A stretch of DNA of 64,000 bases from Mobula hypostoma (Eukaryota): assembly GCF_963921235.1 (NCBI RefSeq), contig NC_086108.1:54500001-54564000 (forward strand). Direction: 5' to 3'. A program made the position numbers and the translations under genes. Below are positions 1-13,382 of the stretch, in pieces. The notes beneath the pieces are model-generated. The model was given only the letters and a program-made list of their open reading frames with translations, was not told the DNA's origin and did not search any database. The first letter of the stretch is position 1. Every line of letters starts with the position of its first letter.

Positions 1-2014
1 AGCACTTTGTCAATGGCCTTCTGAAAATCCAAGTAAACAAAATCCAACGCCTATCCTGCCTGTTATTTCCTCAAAGAATTCCAATAGATTTGTCAGGCAA
101 GATTTTCCATTAAGGAAACCATGCTGACTTTGGCCTACTTTATCATGTGCCTCCAAGTACCCTGAAACATCCTCCTTAATAATGGATTCTAACATCTTCC
201 CAACCACTGAAATCAGGCTAACAGGGCTATAATCTTCTTTCTTCTGCCTCCCTCCCTTCTCAAAGAGCATAGTGACATTTGCAATATTTCAGTCTTCCAG
301 AACCATTCCAGAATCTAGTGATCCATGAAAGATAATTTCTAATACCTCCACAATCTCTTCAGTTACCACTTTCAGAACTCTGGGGTGCAGTCCATCTGGT
401 CCAACTGATTTATTTACCTTCACACCTTTCAACTTCTCAAGGACCCTCTCGTCATTAATAGCAAGAGCATTCACTTCTGCCCCCTGACACACTCAAATTT
501 CTGGCCTACTGCTATTGTCTTCCACAGTGAAGACTGATGCAAAATACTTAAGTTTGCTTGCCATTTCTTTGTCCCCAGTTACTACCTCTCCAGATTTATT
601 TTCTAGCAGTCCAATATCTACTCTGCCGCTCTTTTACTCTTTATATATCTTAAAAATATATATTCTCTTTGATATAATTGGGTAGCTTACCTTGATGTTT
701 TAATTTTTCTCTCTTTATGTTTTTTCTTTGCCTTCTGTTGATTTTTAAAAGCTTCCCCATCATCTAATTTATCTAACCATCTAATTTTTGCAATATCTTA
801 TGCCCTCTCTTTAGCTTTTATGCTGTCTTTGACATCCCTTGTCAGCCACAATTGTCTCATTCTCCTTTTCGAATACTTATTCATCTTTGGGATGTATCTA
901 ATCTGTGCCTTCCAAATTGCCCACAGAACTCCAGCCACTGCTGTTCTGCTGTCACCCCTGCTAGTGTCCTGTTCCAATCATCTTTGGCCAGTTCCTCTCT
1001 CATGACTCTGTAATTCTCTTTACTCCATTGTAATACTGATACATCTGACTTCATCCTAAGAGTTCCTTTACCTTAAGCTCCTTAATAAAATCTGGTTCAT
1101 TACACAATGCAGAATTGCCTTTCCCCTAGTGGATTCAAACATGAGCTGCACTAAAATGACATCTCGTAAGCATTCTAAAAAATTCTCTGTCTTGGGATCC
1201 AGCACCAACCTGATTTTCCCAATCTACAGGCATATTGAAATTCCCCATGACTATCATAACATTGCCTTTATTTTGTCTTTTCTATTTCACATTGAAATTT
1301 ATAACCCACATCCTGGCTACTATTCGGGGCTCTGTATATAACGCCCATCAGGGTTCTTTTACCCTTAAAATCCCTGAGGAACTCAGCAGGTCAGGCAGCT
1401 TCTATGGAAGGTCTTAGCCTGAAATGTCGACTGTATTCACTTCCATAGATGCTGTCTGACCTGCTGAGTTCCTCTAGCATTTTGTTTGTGTCGCTTTGGG
1501 TTTCCAGCATCTGCAGAATTTCTTGCGTTTATCCTTCTACCTTACAGTTTCTTAATTCTACCCAGAAGGATTCTTCCAATCCTATGTCACCTCTGCCTGA
1601 GGATTTAATTTCATGTTCTACCAACAGAGCTTCCCCAGGCCCTCTGCCTACCTGTCTGTCCTTTCAATACAAAAGTATATCCTTTGGCTATTGAGCTCCC
1701 AACTGTGATCTTCTTTCAGGCACGTCTCAGTGATGCCCACATGATTCCTGCCCAACTTTAAGATTTATTATTTTGTAGTGTAGTAATTCGGTATGCAGCA
1801 TTTATTTAAGTAACACCTTTAGTCCTGTATTCATTCCTTTTTGATTTTGCCCCCATGTTACACCACCTCATCCCACCTGCTGTAGTTTTGCCCATTCATC
1901 TGCCTATCCATCCTCACAGTCTCACTACATACTGCGTCGACTTATCTACCAACTGCCCCATCCTCAGCCCTATCACTCTGGATCCCGTCCCCCTGCTAAC
2001 TTAGTTTGAATCTT
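1..2014 (-). mobile_element. CR1/HER1-type LINE ORF2 remnant (endonuclease plus N-terminal RT), runs off the window edge
   Basis: Motifs PVSLISVVGKMLESIIK..SQHGF..GKSCLTNLLEFFEE, KSVGPDGLHPRVLK and VMGNFN. Frameshifted. Interrupted by a mini PLE insertion at ~1370-1530. Confidence 0.9.
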
Positions 2015-3309
2015 AGCAACACACACAAAATGCTGGAGGAACTCAGTAGGTGAGGCAGTATCTATGGAAAAAAAGTACAGTCGATGTTTCGGGCTGAAGC
2101 TCTTCGGCAGGACTTGAGATAAAAAAGGAGCTGAGTAGATTTGAAAGGTGGGGGGAGGGGAGAGAGAAACGCTAGGCGATCGGTGAAACTTGGAGGGGGA
2201 GAGATGAAGGAAACGGATAGGAAGTTGATTGGTGAAAAAGACAGAAGGTCATGAAAGAAAGAAAGGGGAGGAGGGGAGGACACCAGAGGGAGGCAATGGG
2301 CAGGTAAGGAGATAACATGAGAGAGGGACAAGGGGATGAGAAATGGTGAAGTGGCTGGGGGTGGGGGGGAGGCATTACTGGAGGTTTGAGAATTCGATGT
2401 TCATGCCATCGATTAGATTGGAGGCTACCCAAACGGAATACAAGATGTTGTTCCTCCAACCCATGTGGCCTTATCCCAAAAGTGGAGGAGGCCATGGATG
2501 GACATATCGGAATGGGAATGAGAAGTGGATTTAAAAAGGCTGGCCACTGGGAGATCCTGCTTGTTCTGGCAGACGGAGTGTAGATGCTCAGCGAAGCAGT
2601 TTCCCAATCGACGACAGATCTTACTGATATACAAAGGGCCACACCGGGAGCACCGGACACAGTATATCACACCAGCAGACTCACAGGTGAAGTGTTGCCT
2701 CACCTGGAAGGACTGTTTGGGGCCCTGAATGGAAGTGAGGTGTAGAGACAGGTGTAGCACTTGTGCCGCTTGCAAGGGTTAGTGCCAGGAGGGAGATCAG
2801 TGGGGAGGGACAGCGATCCCTGCGGAAAGCAGAAAGTTGGGGAGGGGGGAGGGAAAGATGTGCTTCGTGGTGGGATCCAGTTGGAAGTGGCGGAAGTTTC
2901 AGGGAATTATGTGCTGGACGCAGAGGCTGGTGGGGTGGTAGGTGAGGACAAGAGGAACCCTATCACCCTATCCCTGGTAGCATCTACGCTCCGTCCACCA
3001 GAACAAACGCGATCTCCCAGTGGCCACCCATTTTAATTTCACTTCTCATTCCGATATGTTCATCCATGGCCTCCTCCACTGTCGGGATAAGGCCACACTT
3101 AAACAACATCTTATATTCTGTTTGGGTAACCTTCAACCTAATTGATGGCATGAACATTGATTTCTCAAACTTCCAGTCCTGCCAAAGGATTTCGGCCCGA
3201 AACATCGACTGTACTTTTCTCCATAGATGCTGCCTGGCCTGCTGAGTTCCTCCAGCATTTTGTGTATGTTGCTCGGATTTTCAGCATCTGCAGATTTTCT
3301 CATTTCTGA
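2015..3309. mobile_element. Penelope-like element, inverted arrangement (minus arm ~2015-2980, plus arm ~2983-3309)
   Basis: GIY-YIG motif GVIYCVRCSRCGPLYI in ORF 2425-2775. pLTR 3' ends face outward at both ends. Degenerate 14-bp TSD TTAGTTTGAATCTT (2001-2014) / TTAGTTTAAGTCTT (3310-3323). Confidence 0.85.
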
Positions 3310-4809
3310 TTAGTTTAAGTCTTCCCAACTTGAACAGTTCAATTTGATTTATTGTTTAGTGAAGCACCATTCACCAGACATTCCTTTCAATCAAATGTTC
3401 CGGCTTGTGGATTTGTTTCTGTTAGAGATTAACATGACTACTTGGTAAATCTTGAAATAGAAGTTTCATTTGAGAAAAAGCGACAGATTTAACAATTTAG
3501 ATCCAAATGATTAGCTGTTAAATATCAATAAGATGCTTGAGGAACAACTGAATTGAATAGCATGTAGCAGTTGAACTAAGATGGAAGACAGACTTTGTGA
3601 TAAGCGCACTGTTTCAATAAGAATGTCATGGTTATGTCTCATAACCTATCTCAGTACAATCTTGCACATTGTTTTCTTTCACTGCACTTTCACTTACAGA
3701 TTTTACACTTATTCTGTATTGTTATTGCATTGCCTTGTTTTACCTTAATGCTCTGAGCAATCATTCGATCTATACAATCAGAATGCAAGCTTTTCACCGT
3801 ACCTTTGCACGTGACAATAAACCAATTCCTTTCCATTCCCTTTCCATCTCAGAACATCTCAAAGTGATTTGAAAGTGACGAACAGTCAATGTTGTAAAAA
3901 GGCATTGCAGCAGGCAATCAACATGTTAATTGGGTAACTAATTTTAGAGATGTTTATTGAGTATTGGCCAGGGATATGGAAAAACAGTCCTTTAAATAAT
4001 GAAGTATACTGTATACTACGTCCATTTAAGAGAGCAAAAACAACTCATCTGAAAAACAGCATGAGTGCAAACTCAGTCAGCAGTGAACCTGACTCTTTGC
4101 CTAGATTATAGCAAAGGGCTTGAACTCATGTTTTACACCACTGAGGCATGGTTTACAGCGAACTCAATCATTAAAACATTACTAATGTTAGAATGACACA
4201 CTCAAGCTACATAATTCCCCACAAGTTTCATCCAATCAACCTCACAATGGAACTTCACTAAAATTACAAAGAAAGTGACAAATCATGGCCTGAGTCACAT
4301 GGCCTTTTGCAATAAACCCAAGGATGAAAATCCTGATAACTCTGGAAAAGAACAATTATAAACTTGTAATATTTTGAAAATTCAAGATGGCGCTCTTGAT
4401 GCACAGCGATGGCTTGCAGGCTGCTGGCTCAAAACTTGTTCTTAATTTTATATTTTTTTTGTATTATTATCATTCTTTTTATATTTGCAGTTCACCTTCT
4501 TTTGCACACTGGATGTTTGTCCCTCTTTGTGTATAATCTTACATCAATTCTATTGTGCTTAATCTTACATACATTGTATTGTGTTTCCTTGGATCTACAG
4601 TAAATGCCCGCAAGAAAATGAATCTCAGAGTAGTCTTTGATGACATATACACATCTTGATAATAATTTACTTTGAACTTTATTTGACTCATACAGTCACA
4701 CATTTATACTGCACAGAAACTCACCCTTTGGCCCAAATCATCCATACCAATGAAGTTGCCTGCCTAGGCTAGTTCCACTTGCCTGTGCTTGACACATATC
4801 TTTCTTAAT

Positions 4810-4887
4810 CAGCGGCTCCCAACTTGGGGTCTATGGACCCGTCAGTTAATGGGGGGTCCATGGCATAATAAAGGTTGGGAACCCCTG
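4810..4887. mobile_element. hAT/Charlie-type MITE within a CR1 3' remnant
   Basis: TIRs CAGCGGCTCCCAAC / GTTGGGAACCCCTG and a degenerate 8-bp TSD TTCTTAAT / CTCTAAAC. Confidence 0.55.
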
Positions 4888-5289
4888 CTCTAAACTTTTC
4901 CTATCGATGTACTTGTCCAAGTGTCTTTTAAATACTGCTGTTGCACCCACCTCTACCACTTCATTTGGAAGCTTGTTCACAAACCCACCACACTCTGCAT
5001 GACAAACTTTTCCCTCAAGTCTCATTTAAATATTTCCCTCATTGAAATATTTACCTTCTAGTTTTAGACCTCCCTCTGTGCTGGTTGAAAATTAGCTACC
5101 TAGCCTAATGCCAGCTTCCAGCACTTGATCTAGGTCAAAAAGGTTCAGGTTCTTTGAGTGTATGTTCAGGCATTTTTAAATATGGTAATGGCTTCTGCCT
5201 TTACAACCATTTCATGCAGTAAGTTCCAGAACCCTGCCCCCTCTGCATGTTGGTGGTACACAGAATACACAGCACAGGAACAGGAAAAT

Positions 5290-6010
5290 TATTTTACTTT
5301 ACTGTTGCCAAACAATTGATACTAGAGCGTACAATCATCACAGCGATATTTGATTCTGTGCTTCATGCTCCCTGGAGTACAAATTGATAGTAGATATTAA
5401 AAATTTAAATTATACATCATAAACAGAAAATAGAAAAGGAAAAGTAAGGTAGTGCAAAATAAAACGAGAGGCAGGTCTGGATATTTGGAGGGTATGGCTC
5501 AGATCCGGGTCAGGATCTGTTCAGCAGTCTTATCACAGTTGGAAAGAAGCTGTTCCCAAATCTGGCCATATGAGACTTCAAGCTCCTGAGCCTTCTCCCA
5601 GAGGGAAGAGGGATGAAAAGTGTGATGGCTGGGTGGGTCGTGTCCTTGATTATCCTGGCAGCACTGCTCCAACAGTGTGCGGTGTAAAGTGAGTCCACGG
5701 ACAGAAGATTGGTTTGTGTGATGTGCTGGGCTGTGTTCACGATCTTCTGTAGCTTCTTCCGGTCTTGGACAGGACAACTTCCATGCCAGGTTGTGATGCA
5801 CCCCAGAAGAATGCTTTCTACGGTGCATCTATAAAAATTAGTGAGGGTTTTAGGGGGACACGCCAAATTTTTTTAGCTTTCTCAGGAAGTAAAGGCACTG
5901 GTGGGCCTTCTTGGCAGTGGACTCTGCTTGGTTGGACCAAGTCAGGTCATTTGTGATATTGACCCTGAGGAACTTAAAGCTTTTGACCTGTTCCACTTGC
6001 GCACCACCCA
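5290..6010 (-). mobile_element. Rex/Babar-type LINE 3' end (DUF1891-like C-terminus)
   Basis: ORF 5510-5866 LTNFYRCTVESILLGCITTW...LPSGRRLRSL...RFGNSFFP, a C-terminus typical of fish non-LTR RT ORFs. Confidence 0.8.
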
Positions 6011-8679
6011 TCTCTCCTCTGACATATCTATCAAAAACTTAGAAGTACACCCCGGATTTCTGAGGTTACAACAGTCAGCAAAAGACAAAAACACAATGCC
6101 TCTATAACAGAAACAGATCCTTAAAAACTGCTAAATACAAGACCAGCATAATTTAATGCACCTCCAGTAAGACTCTCCTCAGCCTCCTTATCTCCAAACC
6201 ACACGACCATTCCAGCCAAGCCTGTCCAATATGTCTTCAGAGCTAAAACTCTGAATTGTTCTAATTTTCCAGGCAACATCCTTATAATTCTCCTCTGTAC
6301 TCACTCTGGCCCAATAACATCTTTCCCTTGTTAATGTAGCATAGATTTATGGAAAATAGACATGCATCCAGAACTATCCTTACTAAGATTATCTATTGGT
6401 TCTGGGGAGAGGCCAAACTGTTCCCAATTTGGCTAGTGGAAATTCTGGGAAATGAAGAATTATTTCTAGATATTCCTTGTCTTGTCCATTGTCTATGATG
6501 TTGGGACTGAGCTGATTATCCAATCTTTTACCCAAATTCAATACATGGAACTCAGTGACCTGAATCTCTCAGAGAACAAGGCACTAGTAATTCTGGTTTC
6601 CAAATTACAGAAATGATAAGAGAAAGGGAGAAAATACATTAAGGCTTCAACCTAAAATGTCTGCTTATATACCTGTTAACACATTGTATCTGTTTTCAAA
6701 CCAGCTATAAAGTGGCCAAAGAGATGACTTTACAATTATGAAAATTGTTGGAAAGATCTAGTCTCGAGACCATTTATAAAAAGGTAGTGAGAATAAAAGA
6801 TAGAAATGGAATAAGGAATTCAAAAGTAATTTTTTCAACCACAGTGCATTGAGAATAGGAAACAATTAAAATTAATATAGATTCAATTGTGGTCATACAA
6901 GCTGAACATTGGAGGGAGAAGGGACGAGAGGATAACAATGAGCAAAAACAGCCAGGCATTTGAATGGAGCATAAACCCAACATGGATCCATTGTGCCAAG
7001 GGACCTATTTTTGTAATTCATATTCACTACACCATCTTTTCCACAAACTGACAAGCAGGGCAACAATATCATAACTGCACTCAGGTAGAAAGACCACAAA
7101 GATCTCTTTGCACATCTTAAACATTCAATCTTCTTCTTCAAAAAAAAACAAGGATTTACAATAAACACAGGTGAAACACTTTAAAACAATTCAAACCTTA
7201 TTTAAATTATTTGATAATACAATTTCTCCCATCAACAATCTAAAAACATTTAAACTGTCAATAATACCCAAAAGATAGCCATTCTCTAATAAGTTTCAAA
7301 CTAAAAATAATGCAGTCTCTTATGGATCATGAACAATAGTTCTGTTTTGTTTAAAGTGATGAAGAATGGCAGGAGGTGGGCACAGTGCTGTTATAACATG
7401 GTAAATAACTGGAGGTGATGGGATTAACAGCCACCCAGCTCACGGTGCTCGATCTCACCAGGAGTGTAGCTGCAGGAATCAGGTGGGCCACTCCACTTCT
7501 GGCTTCATATCAACTTGACAATCTTTAGAACATCTTTTTTGCAGTGTTTGTCAGATCACCACAGATGTGGCAAAAACTGAGCCCCACTTCACTCTTGCAG
7601 ATGGGTGCTCTGAACAGCCGGTTAGCACCAGCTGCCAAATTTGTTACTGGCCCAGTCCACAAAACTCAATCTCATCTCTACCTGTGAGCTAACTTTTTCA
7701 TCTGGGTGCAGCCCTAGAATTCCTTTATTGAACTCTCCTTGGGTTATGTAATGGAGTTTAATTGCAACTGAGGAGAGTATATTGGTATACTACAAAACAA
7801 AAGGGAACATTTATGATGACGTGCAACAAGTTAATGGGTTCACTCTTTGCTTCATGGGAGGTCTAATGGCAGTGCCAGGACAGTCTACCAGAGCCTGCCA
7901 TCGGGGGAATCAGCAACGGCTGTAAATTTACTCCCCAGTTTATCAGAGCATAGGCCAAAGTGAAGAGAGAGGCTGGCAACTGAAGGAGAAAGGTCTGAGT
8001 GAAGGGTCTTGGAAGACAAGAAGTTCGGGAAGAGGTGATTGAAAGAGGAAGGGGATACTGAACAACTGCTGAAGATACTGCTTGTCTGTGTATGTCTGCC
8101 AATCACGCGTGTCTGACAAAAACCATTTTACCACTGGGCCAAGAATTCGCTCACGAGATCTGTGCCGTGACTGGTGAACAACAGTATCAAAAGAAATCAG
8201 GTGTGCACACATCTTGCATTCCTTGGAAAGGATGTAATTTTGACCAGAATTTCTCGAAAAAAAATGACACCTGAGAAAATCTTTCTATCTTCACGGCGGG
8301 GGGGGGGGGTCAGAACTTGTTACTGAGGAATTACCAAAAATATTCCTTCTCTGGCTTTGGAAAGAAAATAGTAAGACAAATACCGTGTTGCAATTCTGCA
8401 TATTTCTGTAAAATTATTCTTTTTTTTCCTGGAATGGATAATTAGGAACTTAGGTTTTGATTTGTTTCCAACATAGGTTATTTTTTTGAAATATAAAAGC
8501 ATTCAGATACACCCCCACAAGTCTAGATGTCCCTATTCCCCCGTTGTCTCCTTTATTTCATCTTAATAACTTCTCTTTCTCATTGAGCAAGATTTATGCG
8601 ACCCGTGGTACCTATATCTACATTGTAAACACGTGAAACTCTGCAGACGGTGGAAATCCAATGGCCATGCCCATTCAAT

Positions 8680-9510
8680 CCTCCCTCATCTCCACTGAGG
8701 CCCCCGAACAGTTCCTCCAGGTGAGGCAACGCTTCATCGGCGAACGCGCTGCGGTCGTCTATAGTGCCCTGTGCTCCCGATGCAGGCCACTTGGCATTGT
8801 TGAGACCCGTCATAAACTGGGGAACCTCTGCGCCATGCACCAACATAGGAACTTTCCGGTGGCCAAAACATTTTAATTCCGATCCCCATTCCCGCTCCAT
8901 GGCTTCCTCTTGTGCCAAGATGAGGTCGCCCTCAAGGTGGAGGAACAACCCCTTGTATTCCGTCTGGGTAGCCTCGAACCTGATAGCATGAATATCGATT
9001 GCTCCTTACAGTAAAAAAAAATTCCCTCCCCCTCCCATTCCTCACCCTGGCTTCTTACCTGCCTTATCACCTTCCCCAGGGCCCGTTCCTCCTTCCCTTT
9101 CTGCTTCGGTTCACTCTCCTCTCCAGCCCTTTACCTTTCCTAACCACTTCGCTTCACCAATTTGGAGGTAGATACACTAGTGAAGTGTAAAAGACTACTA
9201 GACAGGTATATGGAGGAATTTAAGGTGGGGGCTTATACGGGAGGCAGGGTTTGAGGGTCGGCACAACATTGTGGGCCGAAAGGGCCTGTACGTTGCTGTA
9301 CTATTCTGTGTTCTATGTAATCGTCTTCCAGCTAATCCCCCTTCGCTCCCCCCCCCCCACCCTTTCATTCTGGCATCGTTCCGTCCTGATGAAAAGTCTC
9401 GGCCCTAAACGTCGACCATTTCCACAGAAGCTGCCTGACCTACTGAGTTCCTCCAGCATTTTGTGTGTGTTGCTTTGGATTTCTAGCATCTGTAGAATTT
9501 CTCGTGTTTA
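8680..9510 (+). mobile_element. decayed PLE 3' end (GIY-YIG plus pLTR) interrupted by a CR1 3' fragment (~9160-9318)
   Basis: Similar to 19310-20040; degenerate hammerhead at ~9383-9417. Confidence 0.8.
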
Positions 9511-9962
9511 TGAATCTACCGTGATCCCCATATTCTGCGAAGCACGACAAACGGTGGCATCCATATCCAACTCCTTGTCCCCCCAGCCACCCAAAGCCGA
9601 CTCATTCAAACTTGGGTAACTGGTTTAAAATATGTCACTTGCCTAAATTCGGTATGGTTAATTCCAATAAAGGTTACCCATCCATACTGACGGAGCCAAA
9701 CTTCTGGTTCAGGGAAAGGGGAAATTCCACTGATGTCAAATAACAAGCCCTTGCTCCTTTATCACAGGGTTCGTAACAATCTGCACTTACAATTAATATC
9801 GCCGCCGACCGTATTTTTTAAATTTACAGTACAGTGCTTGATATTGTACATTTGTTTCTGAAGAAACACCGTAAACAGCGATCATATGAACGTTCTCATT
9901 TATTAACAAATATCAACCTATTTTACAAATGTCACTGAATTCGACTCTTTCGTATTACTCAC

Positions 9963-10170
9963 CACTTCCTTGTTAGATCCTCTTCGTCTTTATCTGAAAA
10001 TTCTCCTCGGGCAACATAAAATAAAGCCTCCAATTTTTGTTCCTCGGACAGAAGAATACTATGAAGGCCTTCCAAACCGTTCAGTTGTTATTTCTGGTTT
10101 ACGATACACTCTATATTTACTATTTTAGCTGTTTAAACTTCCTGACACGAACAAGCCTTCCAACGCGCTA
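9963..10170 (-). other. candidate non-coding first exon (5' UTR) of the downstream gene; 5' boundary approximate
   Basis: Consensus donor AAGTG|gtgagtaa at 9963/9962 just downstream of the promoter. No ATG-initiated frame stays open to the donor. Confidence 0.55.
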
Positions 10171-10320
10171 CACTTGGTAGGCGATCCTGAATCGCGTTGA
10201 TTGACAGTGGGCGGGGCCTATTCCCCGGCCTCGCCGACATAGTCACGTGGTGAGCAGTTCCTGCGATCAAAGGCCCTGGACTCAACACGCCTCCTGGGAG
10301 TTGTAGTCTTCCAAATATTT
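10170..10320 (-). promoter_or_regulatory. housekeeping-type CpG promoter (probably JAK1 by synteny)
   Basis: GC box GGGCGGGG (10209-10216), E-box GTCACGTGG (10242-10250), ZNF143/Staf site ACTACAACTCCCAGGAGGC on the minus strand (10289-10307), ATCAAAG (TCF/LEF-like). Gene identity is inferred only from the known MIR101-1/JAK1 linkage. Confidence 0.75.
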
Positions 10321-11829
10321 AAATTACGAAATGCGCGAGTGTAATTTTTTGTGTGTTTATAATTCAAAGTCTACCCACACGATGACAAAGAAAAAAATAA
10401 TAAACGGAAACTCCGAGAACACGATCGTCTAAAGAGCAAGAGTCATTTTGGAGTTTGCGCTTGTAATTGGTGGGACCCTGTTTACAGTTTTGTGTTTGCT
10501 CCAGCTCTATCTATAGCCGGTTATATTTATTTATTAATTCGTGATATTTCTGAAACGACACCCATAAAGTTCACATTTTTTTGCTCAGTGTGACCCGGTG
10601 GCGCACGAGGAAATAAAGGGAATTAGGGGAGAGCAGGGGAAATCCGCAATGACTGAATGCACTGGACGCCAAACTTCACAGCACTTTTTTAGGTCATCGC
10701 TTCACCCTCATTTAAATCGGCAACGCTGAGCCTCCTTCTTAATCTTCTAAAACATTTACACGTGCTCAAATAGACCTATTGCGTGTTCATATGATACAGA
10801 ATAATAAGGTAAATGAAACATCAATGTACTAGCTTGCAACAGAACAGGCGGGTTTCATCAAGGTCATTACAAGCTTCAGTTTCTTTACAAATAACTCTTG
10901 TTCTGTACTTTCCCAGCAAGCAGTGATTAAAACGAGAAATTGACAAATAGACTTTGTAGAAGAAGAAATAGGTCGCTCTTAACTACGCATGATGCAAAGA
11001 AAATTACCTATTTAAGACTTACAAACTTTAAAAAATATGTTCCATCTGCTATAATTTTATAACATGTTCAAGGCCAGTGATTTTATATGGGAACTTGTCT
11101 TGGCATTAATCAGCAATAGTCTGGACTCAGCATACGTATTGTTGAGTGACCCTATTCAGTTTCAAGCCATTTCTCAATTTACGATGGGAATTCAGTAGGT
11201 TGAGCAAAATCTACGGAGACTGAGGAGTTGTTGACATTTTGGATCAATTCCTGTATCTCGGATGAGAATGGGGAGAGGATCTAGCCTGTATAAAGAGGAG
11301 AGGCGAGGCAGAGGTCAGAAGTGATTGGTACACTGAGAGGGAGTGGGTGTTGTGAACACCAAGGCTACCAGTGCTGGAATCTATAAGGGAACCACTGGGG
11401 GTGCGGAGATGAACGGTGTAGGACAGGGACCAGACGAGGGAGTGTGAGAGATCCAATGGGTGAAATATGGGGTGAACAAGTGGATGAAAGTGGGAGGGTG
11501 AAGGGGTCAAAAATAGGTCATGGGAAGATGTGGGTGTGTGGAAAAAGGGAAAAATGTGAGAAGCTTGGAAGGAGAGAGAGTAGTGGGAGGTTTAAAGTAC
11601 AGATATAAAATGTGCATAAATCCCAGCATGTATTTACAATGTAAACAGCATTATTAAAATGATTTGAAGTGCTTACAAACCATTACAATGACTGAGGTAA
11701 TAGATAGAGAGGGGTGAGGGGGGCTAACTAAAATGATTGATCAGATTAACTGACTGGGGGAAGAAACTTTTAAGATGGCAGAGTCATCATCAGAGTTTTA
11801 AGATGGTTATAGAGCTATGCAGCCCAGAA

Positions 11830-12645
11830 AGTTACCCAAAGTTTGAAAACTCAATATTCATACTGCTGGGCTGCAGACTACCCAGGTGAAATGTGAGGTG
11901 TTGTTCCTCTAGTTTGTGTTGGATTTCACCCTGCCCATGGAGAAGGCTGAGAATGGATAGGTTGGTGTGGAAATGGGAAGGGGGAAAAAGGTCATTTCAA
12001 CAGGCCACTTCAGACTAATTGTATGGGCATTTAATTTTCCAATTTCAAGTAATTTTCACCTCCATTTCCATTCTCTTTCCCTCCACTTCTCCTCTAGTCC
12101 GACTATCTTTTGCCTTTCCCATACCCTTCACATGGCCCCTCCCCAACACCATTTCTGTCCCCCAGCTGGTTCCATCCACCTACCCATATATTTCACCCAC
12201 TGGTTCTTCCCTTGCTCACCCCATCACATCAGATCCCAGATTCTCCCCTAATGGTTCCCAGGATCACCTTCCTTGCTTATCAGATTCCAGCACTGATAGC
12301 CTTTATGTTCCTGCTTTTCCAAAAACTGCCCACCTTCACCCTTTTCACCCACATCCTGGGTCCATGTATGAAGTTTCCCAATTCTATTCCTCCCCCTTCC
12401 CCAACTGGTTCCACCACCCTTCAACACTCCCTCCCTCTGCCCTCGGTCCATCAAACTCCTACTAGCCTCTGTCCCAGCCATCTTTTTCTACTGGCTATTT
12501 CCCTTCTCTTTCAGTCCTGATCCAGGATTTCAACCTGAAACATTGACAATTCCTTTCTCCCCAGAATACTATTCCACCTGCTAAATCCCTCCTTTAATGT
12601 TTGTTTATCCCTCCAGATTCCAGCATCTGCAGTCTCTCTCGTGTC
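11830..12645. mobile_element. old PLE fragments in inverted arrangement, with a long CT-rich pLTR
   Basis: Minus-strand endonuclease tail at 11830-11990. Plus-strand pyrimidine-rich tract ending in a hammerhead-like agtcCTGATcc..GAAAcattgac (~12513-12547) and the cagcatctgcag tail. Confidence 0.6.
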
Positions 12646-12670
12646 AAGAATCTACTTCATTCGCCATATA

Positions 12671-13140
12671 CACTCAGTGGCTAGTGTACCTAATAACTTT
12701 GCCACTGAGTGTGCGTTTGTGGTCTTCTGCTGCTGGAGCTCATCCACTTCAAGGTTACTCATGTTGTGAGTTCAGAGGGGCTCTTCTGCACACCACTGTT
12801 ATAACACAGTTATTTGAGTTACGGTCGCCTTCTTGTCAGTTTGATCCAGTTTGGCCTTTCTCCTCTGACTTCTCTTATTAACGAGGCTTTTTTTGTTGCT
12901 TACAGAACTGCCACTCACTGGGATGCTTTGTTTTGTTTGACGCACCATTCTGTGTAAACTGTTGTACACGATCAGCAGTTACTCAAAGCATAGCAACAAC
13001 CATCATTCCACCATCAAAATCACTTAGATCACATTTCTTCCCCGGTCTGAACAACAGCCGAAGCTCTTGAACATGCATTGAGTTACTACCACATGACTGA
13101 CTGATTGACTAGGCATTTGCAATAACAAGCAAGTGTACAC
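12671..13140. mobile_element. probable non-autonomous Tc1-like element
   Basis: TA followed by CACTCAGTGGC with an internal inverted copy GCCACTGAGTG. The right end is degenerate. Confidence 0.45.
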
Positions 13141-13382
13141 TGTGTGCAAATTTACATGTATTAGGAATTTGCAGAGGTGTGTTAATATGACACGCAACAT
13201 TCAACAATTATTAATAAAGAATTTAACTTGTTTATAGAGTATGAGGTTACAGATATAGTATAAAATATGCACAAGTACAAAAGTACCAGCATGCATTTAC
13301 AATGTGAATAGCATTATAAAAAGTGGTTTAAAGTGTTTGCAAGCAACACACACAAAATGCTGGAGGAACTCGGCAGCAAAGG

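Noticed and set aside
5510..5866. ORF resembling database 'ALKBH8-like/DUF1891' proteins
   Set aside because: It is the C-terminus of a LINE RT, present in several decayed copies in this window.
7863..8212. Three overlapping minus-strand ORFs downstream of the 10-kb promoter
   Set aside because: No recognisable protein similarity and non-ATG starts; more consistent with UTR or intron.
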